Origin: Octopus vulgaris
Taxonomy: Eukaryota
Reading direction: 5' to 3'
NCBI GenBank assembly: GCA_951406725.2
Contig: OX597818.1
Location: forward strand, 8,556,001 to 8,620,000
Length of the DNA stretch: 64,000 bases
Shown here piece after piece: positions 58,276 through 64,000 of this stretch. The notes under the pieces were generated by a model. The model saw only the letters and a program-made list of their open reading frames with translations. It was not told the origin of the DNA and did not search any database. The stretch's first letter is position 1; every line of letters begins with the position of its first letter. The translations under genes and the position numbers were made by a program.

Positions 58276-59517
58276 CGAGGGGCGTTCAAGAAGTAATGAC
58301 CCTGACCCACTTGCAGTTGTTTGCGTGTGCAATTATTCGTATCTCTATAGAGTAGGTGGCAAATTATAGCTCTGAACTAATTCGGGTTTCTGATTTACAG
58401 GTGTTTAAACTGAGTCAAGTGTGAAATGGAGCCTGTTGAGTGTCGAGCAGTGATCTGGCTTTTGTATTTGAAAGGACGCACACCACGGGAGACTTTTGAT
58501 GAAATGAAAGTAACATATGATAATGATGCCCCATCATATGACCTTGTAAAACGCTGGCATCGTGAATTCAAACATGGTCGGAACTCGGTGGAAATAGCTC
58601 CCAGAACTGGTCGCCCCCCTTCTACAATTGATGAGGCATCTGTCCGTCAAGTTGAGGCTGCCATTTTGGAAGATCGACGCATAACTATTCGCCAAATAGC
58701 CCACGTGGTCAAGATTAGTACCGGGTCTGTGGAAACTATCATTCATGACCATTTGCATATGCAAAAGGTGTCTGTCAGATGGATTCCCAGGTTGCTCACA
58801 CCTTTCCAGAAGCAAGAACGCGTCGAGTGCTCGAGGATGAATTTGGAGATGTGCCAAGAAGATGAGTCAAAGTTTTTCAAACGACTGATTAAACAGGATG
58901 AAACCTGGGTCCATCACTATGATCCAGAGACCAAAACCCAGTCAATGCAGTGGAAGCATCGTGACTCACTTCCTCCAAAGAAGGCAAGGGTGCAGCCCTC
59001 CGCTGGCAAGGTCATGCTCCACAGTCTTCTGGGACCAGGACGGAGTAGTGATAACATATTTCCTGGCAAAGGGTACCACAATTACAGGAGCCTATTATGC
59101 TTCACTTTTGAGGAAATTAAGAGAAGCTATCAAAATCAAGAGGCACGGCAAGATCAGCAAAGGTATCCTCCTCCTGCAGGACAACGCCTGTCGCCAGATC
59201 AGAAGCACAGGCTTCCCCATCACCTTTACTCTCCTGACCTTGAGCCCTCTGATTTTCACCTCTTTCCAGCCATGAAGTTGTTTTTGAAAGGAAAGCGTTT
59301 CCAAAATGATGCAGCCTTGATTTCTGAAGTCACGTCGTGGTTGGAGGACCAAGCTGGGTCTCCTAAAAAAACGGTCTCCAGAGCTGCATCAAACAATGGG
59401 AGAAATGCGTAACTCTGGGTGGTTCCTATGTAGAGAAAGACTAATAACTGTGCAAAGTTTCGTTGCTCTACTGCTATGGAAAGTGGGTCAGGGGCATTAC
59501 TTATTGAACGCCCCTCG
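58276..59517 (+). mobile_element. Full-length mariner transposon (irritans/Bytmar1-like), 1242 bp
   Basis: 37-bp TIRs CGAGGGGCGTTCAA(G/T)AAGTAATG(A/C)CCCTGACCCACTT with 2 mismatches. TA duplication at 58274-58275 and 59518-59519. Confidence 0.95.
58426..59444 (+). pseudogene. Mariner DD34D transposase, frameshifted
   Basis: HTH, WIPRLLT, QDETW and YSPDLEPSD are in frame 1. TVFWD...LLLQDNA is in another frame after a +1 near 59020. A deletion follows QDNA, and the final WEKCV..GGSYVEKD* is in a shifted frame. Confidence 0.9.
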
Positions 59518-59811
59518 TACTATCCGCTGATTGCAGCATACTCATCCAGGAATAAAACAGGGCAATTCGTTTGGTTAACACTATTCATAATTGTAACGAA
59601 GAGCACAAAAGTGAAGCAGACCAATTGGATTAGTTCTCACAATCAGCTTCTCTCTAAATAATTGAAGACATGTTGGATTTAAAGCGGCAAATGAACGCGC
59701 CGCTTCATTATAACATCGTGACTGAAAGGTTTGAGCCAGTTTCTACTTAAAAATAACTATAAATGTTCCTTACAGCCATTAAGATCTTGCATATATCAAA
59801 TCCTCACCGTA

Positions 59812-61077
59812 TTAGGTCGTCAAGTATGAACTTTGTAGTAAGGTATATGGTAAAGTGTGATATATGCTCATTTTGCGCCATTGACATTTTTTGTTAGAAA
59901 GTTGACACATCTATTTCTTTATTCTAACTCATTTTGCGCTCTATAAAGTATCTATAAATCGTTTTTTTTTTGTTGCTATTTTTGTTTAGATATGGGTAAG
60001 TCGGAAATTAGTACACTTTTGAAATACAGCATCACTTACAGAATAATATTCCGAGACAGCTCGGAATATTAATGGAGTATTTCATTCTAATGTTATTACA
60101 CAGCAGACAGTATGAAATTAGCTTGCAAAATTTTGTTCTGGTAACTTTGACCTTACAAAGGAGCAACGCCGTCGACCAGAAACAAATGTGGATAATGACG
60201 AACTGAAAGCCACCGTCCAGTAAGATCCAGTAAGATCAGAAAGTGCCCGTGAATTATCGTTGTCGTTTGGTGTTAGCAAGCAAACAATATTGATTAGTTC
60301 AAATCGGTAAAATGAAAAAGTTGGATAAGTGGGTTCCATATGAACTCAATGAAAATCAGAAACCGCAATGTTTGGAAGCCTGCATTATGCTAATTTCGCG
60401 TCACAAAAATGAATCATTTTTTGATTGAATTGTAGCATGATATGAGAAATGGATCCAATACAACAACCGTAAACGTTCAACACAATGGTTGGACAAAAGT
60501 GAACCACTAAAATACAGTCCAAAAAGCAAAATTAATCAAAAGAAGCTGAATGGTGTGTGTTTGGTGATCTGGTGCAGGTGTAATCCATTAGGATTTTATT
60601 AAAACTAGCTTATCAATTACGGCCGAAATATATTGCAGCCAAATTGATCAAATGGTGCAGAATGTTTTTAAAAATCAACGACTCCTATTTTATTGCAAGG
60701 CAACGCCAGTTACACAGTAAAAATGGCGTTGGCGAAACTACAGGATTTGGAATTAGAAGTTCTCTATTATCCACCATACTAACCTGATCTTGCCCCTACT
60801 GACTACCACTTCTTCCAGAATTTGGATAACTTCTTGATAAGAAAAAAAATTAATTCCGACTATGCTGTAAAACAGGTCTTCCGAGATTTTATTGACTCTA
60901 GATTGCCAGTTTTTGCTTTTTTACAGTTAGGGGCTGGTGGACAAGCTGTCGCTGAAATGGCAAAAGTGTATTGACAATATGGGTGCACACTTTGATGAAT
61001 AAAACTATTCCTTGTATTTATTAAACAGTAGGAAACTTTTTTTTTCCTTTCTACAAACTTCGTACTTGACGACCTAA
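59812..61077 (+). mobile_element. Full-length mariner transposon (cecropia/Hsmar1-like), 1266 bp
   Basis: 27-bp TIRs TTAGGTCGTCAAGTA(T/C)GAA(C/G)TTTGTAG with 2 mismatches. TA at 59810-59811 and 61078-61079. Confidence 0.95.
59992..61002 (+). pseudogene. Mariner transposase pseudogene (multiple stops and frameshifts)
   Basis: MGKSEI, GKMKKLDKWVPYELNENQK, EKWIQYNNRKR, PPY*PDLAPTDYHFFQNLDNFL, KWQKCIDNMGAHFDE*. Confidence 0.9.
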
Positions 61078-63069
61078 TATTAAATGTGTGATAGATGCCG
61101 AATATGGGCCATCTTCGTATAAATAATATAATTTCAATTTAACAACTTCTTTATAATATTTTACCCCACTCATGTACAGTAATATACTTACATATCTAAA
61201 AAGACATTCTGTGAAACAGAAACGAAATAGTTTGAAACACGATCGTCAAATATTACACATTTGAATTTGTTTAAATACATGAACAGAAGCAGAAATAAAT
61301 GCTTCTGAACACTTACTGTACTTTCAACTTAGTTTATTTCTTGTTTGATAAAGGGAGTTTATGTTTACTTTGCTCAGTTAGGTGTCCAAGTAAGGGTGTA
61401 AACAGATGTCCTCTTTAAGTTACGTTTTATTTTGCTTGAAATTCTTCCTGTTATGAAGCAAGACACGTCGTATATTAAAAATGTTTTGATATATTTTGTT
61501 CTTCTAAAATTTGTTTGAAATAATATCTTCATCAGTCATTACAACTAACTTCTAACATTGCCCCGAATCATGGCGTTGATTTAGACAAAAATATTAAATT
61601 ATTTGACTTGGTTAAACTCTGATCTTTGTTGGCCTGTTACTATAAATTCAGCTCTCTACCAAATAAGTGAATTGATATTTTTGTAAAATAATTCTTAATT
61701 TCTTGAAATTATTTTCCGCTTACTTCCTGAGTGACTCTTAATTAGCAGGAGGTTTCTGTTTACCTTCAGAAACAATGAAATTTGAATTCAATAATTTATT
61801 TCGTTAGGTCATTGGCATCACCACCTACCTCATTTGTAAAAATATTGAATTCATTCGAGCAACATAATCATCATCATCCATATTATATTCGCATTTATTG
61901 TCGTCGTCATCATTGATGTAAAAGTCCTCCTCATGATGATGATGGGGTGGAGGAGGAGGAGGAGGAAGAGGATGATGATGATGAGGAGGAGGAGGAGGAG
62001 GGGGAGGATGGCCATTTTCATCAACCTTATTGTCATCTTAAACGAAATTATAACATCAAATTTCGTTGCTTCGTTTCTGGAGTTGTTGAGATTGATTATT
62101 ACAGACAAACGCTGTGTTAACAAATGATACTTTAAATGCAACCTGTACACTGAAATTTTGGTGAAAATTCCACCTGACAAAAACATAGTAAATCAATGAG
62201 TAAGAAAAGAGAAAATTCATCAAAAGGTCTTATTTCACAGATGTAGTTAGGAATGTTCTCTTCAGATATCATAACGTGAGCAGGAGGTGTTTGACAGGAA
62301 ATTGCATATTAAATCTTTATATTAGAAACCATAATACATTTCAGCTTTGGCTAGTGAAAGAGAGAACTACATTTTGCATGGAAAATACACTTTTCAAATA
62401 TCTCCTATGTTGTTTGGATTTTAGCAGCAATCACAACTTAATACGAGCAATATTTCTGATTTTTGTCAAAGAACCTGAATAATTAATAAGGATTCATTTA
62501 CAATGTTTAGGTTGTTTACGCTAATATCAGTTTCAGGTGAATACTGGACAATGAAGGATATAGGACCATTGTGCAGCCTTCGATAAATTTCGATGTAGGC
62601 TGTAGGCTGATGTGCTCTTAAAGAGTAATGTTCTATTCTAGTTCGTACTAAATGGTAATGCTGTGAACAGTCCAGCAATATTGCTATGAAGGCTTGTACG
62701 GTTTATGTAAACGAAACATCGCAAATGTTGATTTAATGAATGGTGCAGTAATTAGCAAATGAAATTATTATCAGACGTTGTGAAGGTTATATCACAGGTT
62801 AAAGTTAGTAATTTTGATAAATCAATTGAAGTAAACATTCATAATTAGATTAAATTCTGAAATGTATCGTTGCAGTTTTGAATTATGAATGTCTCAAAAT
62901 TACCTTCCATTCAAGAAGTTAATGGGCAAAATCGATAGACTGGTCGGTCGAATGCCCTGCGGTGATTGATAATGTCCTTTTCACAATGTCCGTCTGAAAT
63001 ATCGGCTTGGTGTACGAGTCTGTTCTTGCATGGTTCATGTTCCAGGCATACATACATACTTATATACAT

Positions 63070-63100
<31 letters not shown>

Positions 63101-63390
63101 GCAATAATAATTATATGGGTAAAATTAATTAATTAATTAGTAATTAATAATTTTACCAAGTAGTGTTCAGTACGTAAAAGACCATTTAACGGTAAATTTA
63201 AACATTATTTTATATAATGGGGTTCAGCAAAAAAATTGCTTTACCGCACACCGAACTTTTAGAAATACAGCCAAAGAATTTAGCTATTTCTTCTACTTTA
63301 AGAAGAGTCTCCCAGATAATGCATACTCAAAAACATTACACATGGGTATAGAGGGAAAAATAACGAAAGTTCACTCGAAAGATTGATTAA

Positions 63391-63471
63391 TTGCGTACGC
63401 GTTTCTGGGTTAATTAGATATAGAGATGCTAGAAATACATCCCTATTCCAATATTCCTTTCATCAGCACAA
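63391..63471 (-). ncRNA. Type I hammerhead ribozyme motif with extended helix II (Penelope pLTR-like)
   Basis: Minus strand: uugug-CUGAUGA-[aagg..uugga-auagggaug-loop-caucucuau-aucuaa..ccca]-GAAA-cgcg-UA-cgcaa. Helix I is 5 bp; helix III ACGCGU is a perfect palindrome. Confidence 0.6.
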
Positions 63472-63507
63472 GATTTCATTAAATTTAAATTTGAGAGCAG
63501 TTGTACT

Positions 63508-63559
63508 GTCACTAAGTTATCAGTCGACGAACTGTCTGTCGACGAATTTTTCGGATACC
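63508..63559. mobile_element. Solitary terminus with 15-bp subrepeats ending GGATACC
   Basis: gtcactaagttatca / gtcgacgaactgtct / gtcgacgaatttttc / ggatacc. Same architecture as the 53104-53211 end (..GGTTACC). Confidence 0.4.
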
Positions 63560-64000
63560 CTGTACATATAAGCATAAAACTACTTGTAATTAATATATAA
63601 AACAGTTTATACTTGATGCTGAATTATTAGAAAAAAACTTCTAAGGAATCAATCATCATTCTTCAGTACACTATATGTTGACACCTTTCCGAAGGACTAA
63701 TTAATTCTCCTTCTCTGAAGTCAAGGAGGCTAAACAAGAACATAACTTTATTTCATATTTAAAGTACTGTGATTTCCTGTTATTACTTTATTATTGTTGG
63801 TAGCCACCGTTATACTACATGAGAGATAACTTCATATCTTTGATAACTTCACATGCTTTGTGTGTGTTTTATTTTTGTATCCCAAGTACGCATACATATG
63901 ATGTTGTACACATGCTTTGTAAATACGTTGGTTAAAAATTAGATAACAACAACCGCTATTCCAACACTTCCTTAACTTTCGAACTATACTCAGATCTCTT

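Noticed and set aside
58426-59412. Functional transposase or SETMAR gene
   Set aside because: No SET domain; the second catalytic Asp is out of frame; it lies within TIRs

Overview
AT-rich, microsatellite-dense eukaryotic DNA, almost certainly intergenic or intronic. The SINE and repeat content resembles an octopus (cephalopod) genome; this is inferred from repeat style, not proven. No confident host gene is present, and nearly all long ORFs in the track are microsatellite artefacts. The recognisable content is mobile-element debris: two full-length but dead mariner transposons with intact TIRs and TA duplications, one truncated mariner, R4/Dong-clade (RLE-endonuclease) LINE fragments sitting in (TAA)n arrays, Tx1/L1-, CR1- and RTE-like LINE relics, many tRNA-derived SINEs, Helitron termini, a foldback-like element with nested retroelements, and two MITE-like palindromes. 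The most interesting signal is four unrelated minimal type I hammerhead-ribozyme motifs with palindromic helix III. All four are on the minus strand, each about 100-300 nt upstream of a (TA)n tract, which suggests several Penelope-like or retrozyme families that favour (TA)n microsatellites. All alignments and folds were done by eye, and boundaries of degenerate elements are approximate.
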